Origin: Alphaproteobacteria bacterium
GTDB taxonomy: Bacteria; Pseudomonadota; Alphaproteobacteria; Bin95
Assembly: GCA_964291285.2 (NCBI GenBank)
Contig: OZ219787.1
Location: forward strand, 1,536,001 to 1,600,000
DNA: 64,000 nucleotides
Direction: 5' to 3'
Shown here: piece by piece, positions 19,669-30,494 of the stretch
Layout of the letters: every line of letters starts with the position of its first letter
How positions within the stretch are numbered: position 1 is the stretch's first letter
Notes under the pieces: model-generated
The model's input: only the letters and a program-made list of their open reading frames with translations
The model's database searches: none
Told to the model about the DNA's origin: nothing
Made by a program: the position numbers and the translations under genes

Positions 19669-20553
19669 TCAGCCGCCGACGACCTTCACGTCGGCATTGC
19701 GTTCGATCGTGCGGATCAACTCGTTCACGTCCTCGCCGCCGCCATGCTCGTTGACGGCCTGCTGGAACAGGTTGCGCGCCACATTGGCCATGAACATCGG
19801 CGCGCCACTGTCCGCGCCGAGCTGGGTTGCGAGGCGCACGTCCTTCAACATGAGCTCCAGCGCGAAATTGGACTTGCCGGACCCGTCGACGAGGCGCGGC
19901 AGGGTGAACTCGGTCGTGTAGCTGCGCGCGGAGCCCTTGTGCAGCACCTCGGCGCAGGCGGCGAGGCTGAGGCCGTTCTTCACCCCCATCGCCACGGCTT
20001 CGAAGGTGGCGGCGCGCACGCTCGCGGCGATGACATTGTTGACGAGCTTCATGGCGTGGCCCGCGCCCACATCGCCGCAATGGAAGACATTGGGGCTGAT
20101 CGCCTCGAAGGTGGAACGCATGCGCGCGAATTGGGCCTCCGTGCCGCCGGCCATGATGGCGATGGTGCCGGCGAGCGCGCCGTGCGGGCCGCCCGAGACC
20201 GGCGCGTCGATCAGCTCCAGCCCGCGCTCCGCCAGCTCCGCCGCCATGGCGCGGGTGGCGTTCGGGTCGCCGGTCGTCTGGTCCACGATGATGCCGCCCG
20301 GCGCCATGCCCGCGGCCAGCCCGCCCTCGCCGAAAATGGCGTCGCGCACCTCGTTCGAGGTCGGCAGGCAGAGCAGCACCGCGTCGCAGGCCTGCCCGAG
20401 CGCCTCCAGGCTCTGCGCCGGCTGCGCGCCCGCCGGCGCCATGTCCTGCAACGCCTCGGGCCGGAGGTCGAAGGCCCTGAGCTTGCGGCTCAGCAGCAGC
20501 CGCCGCGCGAGCGCCCCGCCCATATTGCCGAGGCCGGCATATCCGAGTTCCAT
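19669..20553 (-). CDS. NAD(P)-dependent 3-hydroxyisobutyrate dehydrogenase-family oxidoreductase
   Basis: GLGNMG, DAPVSGG and MKLVNN motifs. Confidence 0.9.
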   Translation of the reverse strand: MELGYAGLGNMGGALARRLLLSRKLRAFDLRPEALQDMAPAGAQPAQSLEALGQACDAVLLCLPTSNEVRDAIFGEGGLAAGMAPGGIIVDQTTGDPNATRAMAAELAERGLELIDAPVSGGPHGALAGTIAIMAGGTEAQFARMRSTFEAISPNVFHCGDVGAGHAMKLVNNVIAASVRAATFEAVAMGVKNGLSLAACAEVLHKGSARSYTTEFTLPRLVDGSGKSNFALELMLKDVRLATQLGADSGAPMFMANVARNLFQQAVNEHGGGEDVNELIRTIERNADVKVVGG

Positions 20554-20632
20554 GAAACGCGCTCCCTCTCTTCCGTAATGCCCCTGCGAGCGAGAATAGT
20601 GCAGCCGCGAGCTGATTGCACAACGCCGGTCG

Positions 20633-22414
20633 TCAGCGCTTCTTCGGCAGGTCCAGGCGCACCGACAGCTCTTTCAGCCGGGGAGCCTCGACCGGGGCGG
20701 GGGCGCCCATCATCAGGTCCTGGCCCTGCTGGTTCATCGGGAAGGCGATCACCTCGCGGATGTTGGGCTCGTCGGCGAGCAGCATCACGATGCGGTCGAT
20801 GCCGGGGGCCGACCCGCCGTGCGGCGGCGCGCCGAATTCGAGCGCCGAGAGCATGCCGCCGAAGCGCGACTCGACCACGTCCGGCCCGTAGCCGGCGATC
20901 TCGAACGCCTTGTACATGATGGCCGGGTCGTGGTTGCGGATGGCCCCGGACGAGAGCTCGACGCCGTTGCAGACGATGTCGTATTGGAAGGCCTTGATCT
21001 CCAGCGGGTCCATGCTTTCCAGCGCTTCCAGCCCGCCCTGCGGCATGGAGAAGGGGTTGTGGCTGAAGCCGACCCGGCCGGTGGCCGCGTCCTGTTCGTA
21101 CATCGGGAAATCGACGATCCAGCAGAAGCGGAACGCGCCTTTCTCCAGCAGGTCGAGGTCTTCGCCGAGCTTCGTGCGGGCCGCGCCGGCAAGCTCTGCG
21201 GCCTTGTCCGGCTTGTCCGCGGCGAAGAACACGGCGTCGCCCGGGCCCGCGCCCGTCGCCTCGCGCAGCGCCTCGACGCGCGGCTCGTCCAGGAAACGGG
21301 CGATGGGCCCCCGCGCACCGCTCTCGTCGAGCGTGACATAGGCGAGGCCGCCGGCGCCCCGCTCGCGGGCCCAGTCCTGCATCCGGTCGAAATAGCTGCG
21401 CGGCTGCGCGGCCCCGCCGGGGGCCGGAATGGCGCGCACCACGCCGCCCCGCTCAATGCCGCGCTCGAAGATCGAGAAGCCCGAACCCCGGAATATCTCC
21501 GTGGCCTCGGCGATCTCTATGGGATTGCGGAGGTCCGGCTTGTCGGAGCCGTATTTCAGCATGGCCTCGTCGAAGCCGATGCGCGGGAAGGGCGGCGGCG
21601 TGACCTCGCGGCCGTCCGCAAACTCCTCGAACACGCCGGCCAGAACCGGCTCGATGGCGGCGAACACATCCTCCTGCGTCACGAACGCCATCTCGAAGTC
21701 GAGCTGGTAGAACTCGCCGGGCGAGCGGTCGGCGCGCGCGTCCTCATCGCGGAAGCAGGGCGCGATCTGGAAATAGCGGTCGAAGCCCGCGATCATCAGC
21801 AACTGCTTGAACTGCTGCGGCGCCTGCGGCAGGGCGTAGAAATTGCCGGGATGCAGCCGCGAGGGCACCAGGAAGTCGCGCGCGCCCTCGGGGCTTTCCG
21901 CGGTCAGGATGGGCGTCTGGAACTCGCGGAAGCCCTGCTCGATCATCCGCCGGCGGATCGAGGCGATGATGTCGGAGCGCAGCGCGATATTGCGCTGCAT
22001 CTTGTCGCGGCGCAGATCGAGGAAGCGGTAGCGCAGCCGCACCTCCTCGCCGTAATCCTCCTCGCTGTTCACCTGGAGCGGCAGCGGCTCGGCCGCGCCC
22101 TGCACGGCGATCTCGCGGATCGAGACCTCGACCTCGCCGGTCGGCAGCGCCGGGTTGACCGTCTCGGCGTCGCGCTCGACGCATTCGCCGGTGATCGTGA
22201 GCACGGTTTCGTTGCGCGCCGCGTCCAGCACCGCAAAGGTCTCCGCACGGCTCGAATCGACCACGCATTGCGTCAGCCCGTAGCGATCCCGCAGGTCCAC
22301 GAACAGGAGGCCGCCATGGTCGCGCTTGCGGTGGACCCAGCCGGAGAGGCGGACGGTGCTGCCGACATCGGTGCGGCGCAGCGCGCCGCAATCGTGTGTG
22401 CGATAGGGGTGCAT
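20633..22414 (-). CDS. aspS: Aspartate-tRNA ligase (probably non-discriminating)
   Basis: [24 protein letters not shown] and PPHGG motifs. Confidence 0.98.
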   Translation of the reverse strand: MHPYRTHDCGALRRTDVGSTVRLSGWVHRKRDHGGLLFVDLRDRYGLTQCVVDSSRAETFAVLDAARNETVLTITGECVERDAETVNPALPTGEVEVSIREIAVQGAAEPLPLQVNSEEDYGEEVRLRYRFLDLRRDKMQRNIALRSDIIASIRRRMIEQGFREFQTPILTAESPEGARDFLVPSRLHPGNFYALPQAPQQFKQLLMIAGFDRYFQIAPCFRDEDARADRSPGEFYQLDFEMAFVTQEDVFAAIEPVLAGVFEEFADGREVTPPPFPRIGFDEAMLKYGSDKPDLRNPIEIAEATEIFRGSGFSIFERGIERGGVVRAIPAPGGAAQPRSYFDRMQDWARERGAGGLAYVTLDESGARGPIARFLDEPRVEALREATGAGPGDAVFFAADKPDKAAELAGAARTKLGEDLDLLEKGAFRFCWIVDFPMYEQDAATGRVGFSHNPFSMPQGGLEALESMDPLEIKAFQYDIVCNGVELSSGAIRNHDPAIMYKAFEIAGYGPDVVESRFGGMLSALEFGAPPHGGSAPGIDRIVMLLADEPNIREVIAFPMNQQGQDLMMGAPAPVEAPRLKELSVRLDLPKKR

Positions 22415-22505
22415 GGGATTCGGGCTCGTCTCGCGAAGGTCGCGCGGGAATGGGATGAGAGGGCTGGCTTGTCAAGCCGCGTAGCGCACCTTATGAGCCC
22501 GCCCC

Positions 22506-23681
22506 ATGCCTTCTTCGACATTGCCGACCCCCGACCCGGACCCCATCGAGACACAGGCCGAGCTGGAGGCGTTCTGCGCCCGGCTGCAGGACGCGGACTA
22601 TGTGACGGTCGATACCGAATTCATGCGGGAATCGACCTACTGGCCGCGGCTCTGCCTGATCCAGCTTGCGGACGCGGAAGCCGCCCGGGCGGTCGATACG
22701 CTCGCGTCCGGACTCGACCTCAAGCCCGTCTGGCGGTTGCTGGCTTCGCCCGTGCCCAAGGTCATGCACGCCGCGCGCCAGGACATCGAGATCTTCTTCC
22801 ATATGGGCGGGGTCATTCCCGAGCCGCTGCTCGACACGCAAGTGGGCGCCATGGTCTGCGGCTTCGGCGACCAGGCGGCCTATGACACGCTGGTAAAGCA
22901 CTTCGCCGGGCGGCGGCTCGACAAGCGCGCCCGGTTCGCCGACTGGTCGCGCCGCCCCCTTCCCGAACGGCAGATCGACTATGCGCTCGCCGATGTCGTC
23001 TGGCTGCGCGCCGTCTACGAGGGTTTGGCGGGGGAACTCCGCCGCAACGGCCGCGCCGACTGGGTGGAGGAGGAAGAGGCCGTGCTGCTGGACCCCGAGA
23101 CCTACCGACTCGACCCCGAGCATGCCTGGAAGCGCCTCAAGACCCGTAGCGGCGACTCAGCCTATCTTGCAGTCATCCGCGCGGTTGCGGCCTGGCGGGA
23201 GCGCGAGGCCCAGCGGCTCGACCTGCCGCGCAACCGCGTGCTGCGCGACGACGCCCTGCTCGATGTGGCGGCCCAGGCGCCGGCGGACGCGGACGCGCTG
23301 GCCCATTGCCGGGGCGTGACGCGCGGCATGGCGACCGGGCGGCTCGGTCCGGGCCTGCTGGCGGCCGTGGCCGAGGGCAAGGCCGTGCCGCCGGAAGACC
23401 GCCCGCAGCCGGCGCCGCAGAGGGAACGGCCTCGAGGCGTCGGTCCCGCGATGGAGCTGCTGCGCGTGCTGCTCAAGGCGCGCGTGGAGCACGAGGGCGT
23501 GGCGCAGAAACTGGTCGCCAGCAGCGAAGACCTGGAAGACCTGGCGGGCGGCGCAGAGGACGGGCCCCTGCTCAGGGGATGGCGTAGGGAGCTGTTCGGC
23601 GCGGACGCCCAGCGCCTGCTTCGGGGCGAACTGGCGCTGACCTTGAAGCGGGGCCGGGTGGAGGTGTCAGAGCTCCCGTAG
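22506..23681 (+). CDS. rnd: Ribonuclease D
   Basis: VDTEFMRE, HAARQD, DTQV and YALADV motifs; HRDC region. Confidence 0.95.
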   Translation: MPSSTLPTPDPDPIETQAELEAFCARLQDADYVTVDTEFMRESTYWPRLCLIQLADAEAARAVDTLASGLDLKPVWRLLASPVPKVMHAARQDIEIFFHMGGVIPEPLLDTQVGAMVCGFGDQAAYDTLVKHFAGRRLDKRARFADWSRRPLPERQIDYALADVVWLRAVYEGLAGELRRNGRADWVEEEEAVLLDPETYRLDPEHAWKRLKTRSGDSAYLAVIRAVAAWREREAQRLDLPRNRVLRDDALLDVAAQAPADADALAHCRGVTRGMATGRLGPGLLAAVAEGKAVPPEDRPQPAPQRERPRGVGPAMELLRVLLKARVEHEGVAQKLVASSEDLEDLAGGAEDGPLLRGWRRELFGADAQRLLRGELALTLKRGRVEVSELP

Positions 23682-25127
23682 CTCCGCCGAGACGTCGAGC
23701 GCTGCGGCGAGCGCAGCCAGGCGGCGCTCGACTTCCGGGCTCATGAAATCCCGGTGGACGAAGAGCGTGAGCGTCCTGGATTTCCGCCTGAGCCGCGCGC
23801 CCTCGATGCCGGGCGCGAGGGTCATGGCCAGCCGGAGCGCGAGGCCCACCGAGAGCGCCCTGTCGCGGGCATCCTCCGCTATCAGCGTGCGCGCAGGCCC
23901 AGTCCAGTCCCGGTCGATGCGCCCGTCATAGCGCGCGGCCATGACGAGGCCGAGAAAGGCGCGTTCCGGGTGCTCGATAGCGACGGCGGGCAGGCGGAAG
24001 GCCCGCATAAAGGCGTGCTCCGCGCGATAGGACGGATGCTCCATGCCGGCGATATCGACGAGGCGGCAAGCCGCTTCCGCGATGCGCTCCTCGGCGGGCG
24101 AGAGGCCCAGGCCCAGCGCGGAGACCCAGGCCATGAGGGTGTCCGGAGTCATGCGCTGGCGGGCGCCGCTGCGCCCGATGCGGGTGCAGACAGCGAGCAG
24201 AGGGTCCCGTCTGCGCTGCTTTTTGCGTTGGCGGTGCAGCATCAGGCCTTCGCGCAGGCCGGCGCTTGAAAAGACGACCCGCTCTGGCCCGGTCCGATCG
24301 ATCAGCTGCAACATGATTTCGGCCGCCGCCGGCAGGTGCGGCCGGCGGCGCGGAGAGACCGGGGTAAGCTCGGCCAGGCTGCCGCTGCTCATCCGGGTCA
24401 ACATGCCGCAGAATGCGCGCGCCTCCCGCGCCGGCACCGCATATTGGTGGATGATGTCGAGGGGATGGCGGCTGTGGGTCAGGTGAAGCCGTGCCCAGGC
24501 CCGCCACGACCCGCCGATGCAGAAAAGGCTGCCCGGCGGACCGGAGCGCTGCAGCCAGCCCGCGCCGTCCAGGCTTGCAGCGACATGCCGGGCGGTTTCC
24601 TTGCGGCTCCCATTGTCGGCGAGGCGAAGCACGCCCAACGGAAAACTGTCGTTGTCGGCGGCGCGGCCGCCCCCGACGCGCACGAGTTCGAGGCTGCCGC
24701 CGCCGAGGTCGGCCACGACGCCAGCCGCATCGGGAATGGCGCCGAGGACCCCCCGCGCGCCCGCCATCGCTTCGTCAGCGCCGCTCAGGATCTCGATGGT
24801 CCGTCCGCTCGCTTGCTCCAGATGGCGGGCGAACTCGGCCCCGTCGCTGGCGTCGCGCATCGCGGCGGTTGCATAGGCCTCGAACCGGTCCACCTGCAGC
24901 AGCGCGGCGATATTGATGAACCGCAGAAAAGCCTGCTCGGCAAGCGCGCAGCCCGCCGGGTTCAGCCTGCCGGTGCGGTTCAAGTCCGCGCCGAGCTGGC
25001 AGGTCGCCTTGTCGTTGAAGAGCGGGCGGAAGCTGTCCAGCCGGTTGCCATAGACAACCAGCCGCACGGAATTGGAGCCGATATCGACAATGCCGACCCG
25101 GCGCGAGGCCCGCGTCTGCTGTGACAC
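23667..25127 (-). CDS. ppx: Ppx/GppA exopolyphosphatase
   Basis: DIGSNSVRL, DLGGGSLE and GLREG motifs; adjacent to ppk1. Confidence 0.92.
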   Translation of the reverse strand: MSQQTRASRRVGIVDIGSNSVRLVVYGNRLDSFRPLFNDKATCQLGADLNRTGRLNPAGCALAEQAFLRFINIAALLQVDRFEAYATAAMRDASDGAEFARHLEQASGRTIEILSGADEAMAGARGVLGAIPDAAGVVADLGGGSLELVRVGGGRAADNDSFPLGVLRLADNGSRKETARHVAASLDGAGWLQRSGPPGSLFCIGGSWRAWARLHLTHSRHPLDIIHQYAVPAREARAFCGMLTRMSSGSLAELTPVSPRRRPHLPAAAEIMLQLIDRTGPERVVFSSAGLREGLMLHRQRKKQRRRDPLLAVCTRIGRSGARQRMTPDTLMAWVSALGLGLSPAEERIAEAACRLVDIAGMEHPSYRAEHAFMRAFRLPAVAIEHPERAFLGLVMAARYDGRIDRDWTGPARTLIAEDARDRALSVGLALRLAMTLAPGIEGARLRRKSRTLTLFVHRDFMSPEVERRLAALAAALDVSAELREL

Positions 25128-25143
25128 TGGCGCGAAATCCGGG

Positions 25144-27285
25144 CTAAACGGGTGCGGGCAAGGGTTCGGGCTTCTTGGCCGAGCGCTCCAGCGCGCTCCC
25201 GCGTCCGGAAAGGCTCGGGTTCGTCATAAAATACTGGTGCGCGGAGAAGGGCACCAGGCCTGCCTCCGTGCGGGTATAGCTGCCGTCCGGGCCCAGCACC
25301 CAGCTCTGCGCCGTGTCGTTCAGATTGGCGACCATGATCTGGTCCAGTATCTGCTGGTGGACGGTCGGGTTGTCGATCGGCACGAATGCCTCAACGCGGC
25401 GGTAGAGGTTGCGCGGCATCCAGTCCGCCGAACTGATGAACACCCTGGCATGGGGAGAGGGCAGACCGCGGCCGGCGCCGAAGCAGGCAACGCGCGCATG
25501 TTCCAGAAATCGCCCGACAATGCTCTTGACCCGGATATTGTCCGACAGGCCCGGAACGCCCGGCCGCAGGCAGCAAATGCCGCGAACGACGAGGTCGATC
25601 TCCACGCCCGCAGCGGATGCGCGGTAGAGCGCGTCCACGACTTCGGGATCGACCAGCGCATTCATCTTGGCCCAGATCTGCGCCGGGCGCCCGGCCCGGG
25701 CGTGGGCGATTTCGTCTTCGATCAGCTCCAGCAGCCGGGGCGCCAGCGACAGCGGGGAGACGGCGATCCTGTCGAAGCGCTCAGGCTCCGCATAGCCGGT
25801 CGTGTAGTTGAAGAGGAGGGTTGCGTCGTTGCAGAGCGCCCGGTCCGTCGTGAAGAAGGACAGGTCCGTGTAGATGCGCGCATTGACCGGATGGTAGTTG
25901 CCGGTGCCGTAATGGGCGTAGCTGCGCAGCCCGTCGGCCTCGCGGCGGACGACGAGCGAGAGCTTGCAATGCGTCTTGAGGTCGATGAACCCATAAACCA
26001 CCAGCGCGCCGGCGCGCTCCAGGTTCCGGGCCCAGCGGATGTTGGCCTCCTCGTCGAACCGCGCCTTGAGCTCCACCAGCGCGGTGACCGACTTGCCGGC
26101 CTCCGCTGCCTCGATCAGCGCCGCGACGATGGGCGAGTCCTCCGAGGTCCGGTAGAGCGTTTGCTTGATCGCCACCACGTCCGGATCGCGCGCCGCCTGG
26201 CGCAGGAAGCGCACGACGACATCGAAGCTCTCATAGGGGTGGTGGACGACGATGTCCTTGGCGCGGATGGCGGCGAAGCAGTCGCCGCCGAAATCGCGGA
26301 TGCGCTCCGGGAAGCGGGGCTCGAAGGGCTGAAACAGAAGGTCCGGCCGCCGCCCGTCGATGAGCTGATCCATGTCGCCAAGGCCGACGGGGCCTTCCAG
26401 TGTGAACACGTCGCCGATCTCGGCTCCGAGCCGCCTTGTGAGCGCTATCGCGAGCGCCTGCGGCATCCTCGAATCGATGGACAGCTGCACCACATTGCCG
26501 CGCCGCCGCCGCCTGAGCGCCGACTCGAACAGGCGGACCAGGTCCTCCGCCTCCTCCTCGATCTCCATCTCGCTGTCGCGGATGACGCGGTAGGAGCCGG
26601 CCCCGCGCAACTCGAACCTCGGGAAGAGACGCCCGAGGAAAAGCGCGATCATGTCCTCTATGGCCAGATAGCGCCGCGCCGGGCCAGGCAGCGCGACGAA
26701 GCGGTCCAGCTTGCCGGGAATCGGCACCAGCGCCTCGAAGTCGCGCCCGTCCGACGGGCTGTGGAGGTCCACTGCCAGCCCGAAGCCTGAATTGGGAATG
26801 AACGGGAAGGGATGCGCCGGATCGACCGTGAGCGGCGTCAGCACCGGAAACACGTCGCTCATGAAATAGGTTTCGAGCCAGTTCCGGTCCTCCCCGGAGA
26901 GGGTGCGGCCGTCCACGAGGTCGATGCCCGCCCGGCGCAGCTCCGGCTGCAGGCGCCGCCAGCAGGCCTGCTGGCCGGCCACCAGGGTGCGGGCACGGCT
27001 GTCTATGGCTTCCAGCTGTTGCGCCGGTGTCAGCCCGTCGGCGCTCGGCGTGCGCACGCCAGCGGCCTCCTGGCCCTTCAGGCCGGCCACGCGGACCATG
27101 TAGAACTCGTCGAGATTCTGTGCGGAGATGGAGAGGAAGCGCAGCCGCTCCAGAAGCGGGTGGGCCGGGTTCGACGCCTCTTCCAGCACGCGCTCGTTGA
27201 AGGCCAGCCAAGACACCTCGCGGTTGATGAACCGCGCCGGCGACTCCAACTCCGACCACTCGAATGCGCCACCGTCTATCGGCAT
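25144..27285 (-). CDS. ppk1: Polyphosphate kinase 1
   Basis: [24 protein letters not shown] and SSADWMPRN motifs. Confidence 0.96.
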   Translation of the reverse strand: MPIDGGAFEWSELESPARFINREVSWLAFNERVLEEASNPAHPLLERLRFLSISAQNLDEFYMVRVAGLKGQEAAGVRTPSADGLTPAQQLEAIDSRARTLVAGQQACWRRLQPELRRAGIDLVDGRTLSGEDRNWLETYFMSDVFPVLTPLTVDPAHPFPFIPNSGFGLAVDLHSPSDGRDFEALVPIPGKLDRFVALPGPARRYLAIEDMIALFLGRLFPRFELRGAGSYRVIRDSEMEIEEEAEDLVRLFESALRRRRRGNVVQLSIDSRMPQALAIALTRRLGAEIGDVFTLEGPVGLGDMDQLIDGRRPDLLFQPFEPRFPERIRDFGGDCFAAIRAKDIVVHHPYESFDVVVRFLRQAARDPDVVAIKQTLYRTSEDSPIVAALIEAAEAGKSVTALVELKARFDEEANIRWARNLERAGALVVYGFIDLKTHCKLSLVVRREADGLRSYAHYGTGNYHPVNARIYTDLSFFTTDRALCNDATLLFNYTTGYAEPERFDRIAVSPLSLAPRLLELIEDEIAHARAGRPAQIWAKMNALVDPEVVDALYRASAAGVEIDLVVRGICCLRPGVPGLSDNIRVKSIVGRFLEHARVACFGAGRGLPSPHARVFISSADWMPRNLYRRVEAFVPIDNPTVHQQILDQIMVANLNDTAQSWVLGPDGSYTRTEAGLVPFSAHQYFMTNPSLSGRGSALERSAKKPEPLPAPV

Positions 27286-27459
27286 GGTCCTGCGCGGCTC
27301 CTTTCGGCCCCGAACGCGCATCCCGCTTCTCCGGCAACCCGGAATTCCAGCGGAGTTATACACCAACTCTCGCGCGGTTACGCCCGGAGGCGACGCAGGC
27401 CGTGACATCGGCGAGAAATCCGGGCTAGCTTGTGCGCTCCGATCCGGATGGGAATGATT

Positions 27460-28476
27460 ATGGCTGGTGTTTCCCGGGCCAACGGCCACCGCTTCAAGGG
27501 CTTTCAGACGGCCGAAAGCGGCGTGCCGGAGAAGCTGCGGCCCGACCCGGCCGAATGGTCCTTCGACCTCGACGAGGCGCTGAGGGCGGTGTTCGGCTAT
27601 CACGCCGATATTCCGGACGACGCCTTCACGGCCTCGACGCTGGGCAATGAGCGCGAGGGCAACGCCGTCCTGATCGACGAGAAAGGCCATCTACTGACCA
27701 TCGGCTATCTGGCGACCGAGGCCGACGAGGTGACGCTGACCGACGTCGAAGGCGCGCAGTGTCCGGCGCGCGTGGTCGGCTACGACCAGGTGACCGGCCT
27801 CGGACTCCTGCGCGCCGACCGGCCGCTGGACTGCCGGCCGATGACGCTCGGCAGCGTGGACGACCTCAGCGTGGGCGACAATGCGGTCGCGGCGGCGGGC
27901 GGCGGGCGCGATTTCGCCATGGTGGTGTCGGTGGTCTCCAAGCGGGAATTCGCCGGCTACTGGGAATACCTGCTGGACGAGGCGGTGTTCACCTCGCCCC
28001 CGCATCCCCGCTGGAGCGGCGCGGCACTGATAACCCGGCAGGGCGTGCTGGTGGCGGTCGGGTCGCTCTATGTGCAGGACAGCCTGCCGGGAGAGCAGAC
28101 GCGGCCCGGCAACATGTTCGTGCCCGTGGAGTTGCTGCACCCGATCTTCGAGGAGCTGGCCGCCTCGGGCCATGCCGCGCGCCCGCCGCGTCCCTGGCTC
28201 GGCATGTTCGGCGCCGAGGTCGAGGACCGGGTGGTCATAGCGGGCCTCACCGACGACGGGCCGGCCGACGATGCCGGGCTCAAGGTCGGCGACCTGGTGC
28301 TGGGCGTCGCCGGCGAGCCGGTCGGGGGGCTGTCGGATTTCTACCGCGCCGTATGGGCGCTCGGGCCGGCCGGAGTGGAAGTGCCCCTGGACGTCTATCG
28401 CGACGGGGAACTGGTCCATGTCGCGGTGCATTCCGCGGACCGCCGCTCCTTCCTGAAGATTCCCAACCGACACTGA
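27460..28476 (+). CDS. S1C-family protease-like protein with PDZ domain (non-canonical triad)
   Basis: [15 protein letters not shown] and PWLGM (PDZ) motifs. Confidence 0.8.
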   Translation: MAGVSRANGHRFKGFQTAESGVPEKLRPDPAEWSFDLDEALRAVFGYHADIPDDAFTASTLGNEREGNAVLIDEKGHLLTIGYLATEADEVTLTDVEGAQCPARVVGYDQVTGLGLLRADRPLDCRPMTLGSVDDLSVGDNAVAAAGGGRDFAMVVSVVSKREFAGYWEYLLDEAVFTSPPHPRWSGAALITRQGVLVAVGSLYVQDSLPGEQTRPGNMFVPVELLHPIFEELAASGHAARPPRPWLGMFGAEVEDRVVIAGLTDDGPADDAGLKVGDLVLGVAGEPVGGLSDFYRAVWALGPAGVEVPLDVYRDGELVHVAVHSADRRSFLKIPNRH

Positions 28477-28489
28477 CCGGGTTTCGGCG

Positions 28490-28900
28490 ATGAATGAATC
28501 CGAACGCATATATCTGCTGGAACGCCTGGAGCGCCTGGGCGCGGAGGACGATGCCGAGGCGCTGCAGGCGGCGCGGGAACTCGCGGCGCGCATCTCCGAC
28601 GGCGGCCTGGACTGGGACGAGTTGATCGCTCCGGAAGACCCGCCGGAAGGCGATTTCACCGAGGTCGACTTCGACCCTGAAGAAGAGGGCGAAGACGATG
28701 TCCAAGACGGTCCGCCGCTGGAAGGCGACGGTTCGGCCGAGGTCCAGCTCCTGCAGAAGCTGCTGGAGCGCAAGGGCGCATCGCGCGCGCTGAAGGAAGA
28801 GCTGCAGGAGATGCGCCGCGATGCGGCGTCCGAGGAGGGGCTTTCCGATATGGACCGGCGCTATATCCAGGCACTGGCGAAGAGGCTATCCGTCAGGTGA
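28490..28900 (+). CDS. Hypothetical acidic protein
   Basis: Clean ORF after the protease gene with host-like codon usage. Confidence 0.7.
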   Translation: MNESERIYLLERLERLGAEDDAEALQAARELAARISDGGLDWDELIAPEDPPEGDFTEVDFDPEEEGEDDVQDGPPLEGDGSAEVQLLQKLLERKGASRALKEELQEMRRDAASEEGLSDMDRRYIQALAKRLSVR

Positions 28901-29608
28901 CGCCCCTCCGGGGGCGACAGGCGCGACCTCCGCCTCGGCGGGGCCCAGACGCTGCGCCAGATCCTCCATGCGGTTCCGCACCATGCCGAGCCAGGGCGCG
29001 TCGGGTTCGGAGGCGGCCTCCAGGCCCCGCCAGAGCGCAAGCGCGCCGGCCTCGTCGCCGGATTGCAGGCGCTCGACAGCGAGGTAGTGCCAGGCCTTGG
29101 GTTGCCCTGCTTCCCGCCTGAGTGCGGCTCGGAAGGCGGCAAGCGCTTCCGGCGTGACCACGCCGGCCGAGGCCGAGGCCCGTGCTTCGCCGTAATCCGC
29201 GAGGAGGCCGGCCGGCGCGCCGTCCAGGCCGCCTTCCGCCTGCACTGCGCGGGCGAGCGCGTCCGCGGTTTCCTGCGTCCTCCCGAGGCCGCGCCAGGCC
29301 CCGGCGAGCACCCGCCAGCCGCGCGCATCCCCCGGATTCGTTTCGAGATGGGCCTCGAGGCGCGCGGCGAGGCTGAGCAGTTCTGCATGCTGCGCGGTTT
29401 CGTCGCCGCGCCCGCCGATGGGCATGTCCGGCAGGCCCGGCCGGCCGATCCAGAGATAGAGAGCGAAGGCGAGCGCGACGGGCGCAGCGGCAAGCATGGC
29501 AGCCGGCAGCGCGCCCATGCCAGCCCGCGCCAGCGGCCGCAGCACCAGCAGAGCCGTGGCCGCGGCCAGCGCGCCGACCGCAAGCCAGAGCCAGAGGCTC
29601 CCGGTCAC
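28886..29608 (-). CDS. ccmI: Cytochrome c biogenesis TPR protein CcmI/CycH-like
   Basis: LYLWIGRPGLPD, NPGDARGW and TPR repeats; last gene of the ccm operon. Confidence 0.8.
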   Translation of the reverse strand: MTGSLWLWLAVGALAAATALLVLRPLARAGMGALPAAMLAAAPVALAFALYLWIGRPGLPDMPIGGRGDETAQHAELLSLAARLEAHLETNPGDARGWRVLAGAWRGLGRTQETADALARAVQAEGGLDGAPAGLLADYGEARASASAGVVTPEALAAFRAALRREAGQPKAWHYLAVERLQSGDEAGALALWRGLEAASEPDAPWLGMVRNRMEDLAQRLGPAEAEVAPVAPGGASPDG

Positions 29609-30000
29609 TCCCGCCGCCGAAAGTAGCGCAGCGCCAGCAACAGGGCGACGATGGCGAAGCCCGCCGGCGCGAACCACAACGCCCAGGTTGCAGGCTTGAG
29701 CGGCGGCTCGAGCAACACATAGTCGCCGTAGCGCTCTGTCAGATAGCCGATCGCCTCCTCGTCGCTGTCGCCGGCGAGCAGCCTCGCGCGCAGCGACCGG
29801 CGGAGGTCCCTTGCGAGGTCGGCGCCCGAATCGTCTATCGACTGGTTCTGGCAGACCACGCAGCGCAACCCCTTGGCGAGCGCACGGGCGCGGGCCTCGA
29901 GCGCGGGGTCCGCGAGCATCTCGCTCGCGTCGAGCGCTGCCTGGGCCGGCGCGGACAGTAGCGCCAGAAGAAGCGCCAGTATTGCCACAGGCCGCGTCAT
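29605..30000 (-). CDS. ccmH: Cytochrome c biogenesis protein CcmH/CycL
   Basis: LRCVVCQNQSIDDS and RYGDYVL motifs. Confidence 0.93.
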   Translation of the reverse strand: MTRPVAILALLLALLSAPAQAALDASEMLADPALEARARALAKGLRCVVCQNQSIDDSGADLARDLRRSLRARLLAGDSDEEAIGYLTERYGDYVLLEPPLKPATWALWFAPAGFAIVALLLALRYFRRRE

Positions 30001-30494
30001 CGCCCCAACGCCGGCAGCAGGTCGCGGCGCACGGCGTCGGGCGTCAGCGGGCCGGTATGCTTGAACGCCACGACGCCACCCGCGTCGAGCACGAAGGTCT
30101 CGGGCACGCCCGTTACGCCCCACTCGACCCCGGCCCCGCCGTCCTCGTCGTAGCCGACCTTGCGGTATGGGTTGCCGAGTTCGGCGAGGAAAGCGTTCGC
30201 GGCCTCGGGTCTGTCCTTGTAGGCGATGCCGTAAATGGTGACTCCTTGCTCCTCCGCCAGATGCGTGAGTAGGGGATGCTCCGCGCGGCAGGGCACACAC
30301 CAAGACGCGAAGATATTGACGAGCGCCGGGCCTTCGAGGTCGGCCATCGCGAGGCCGTCCACAGCGAAAGCCGGCGCGGGCCGCCCGACCAGCGGCGAGG
30401 GAATGCGCGTCGGGTCGCCCCCGAGGCCGACATAAAGCCAGACGGCGAGCGCGGCGAAGACCGCCAGTGGCACCAGGAACAGCAGGCGACGCAT
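29997..30494 (-). CDS. ccmG: Thiol:disulfide interchange protein CcmG/DsbE
   Basis: ASWCVPCRAEHP and GVPETF motifs. Confidence 0.93.
   Translation of the reverse strand: MRRLLFLVPLAVFAALAVWLYVGLGGDPTRIPSPLVGRPAPAFAVDGLAMADLEGPALVNIFASWCVPCRAEHPLLTHLAEEQGVTIYGIAYKDRPEAANAFLAELGNPYRKVGYDEDGGAGVEWGVTGVPETFVLDAGGVVAFKHTGPLTPDAVRRDLLPALGR

Noticed and set aside
27460-28476. Protease with an atypical catalytic triad as a novelty
   Set aside because: The TIGYL-type S1C-PDZ variant is a widespread alphaproteobacterial family in ordinary context.
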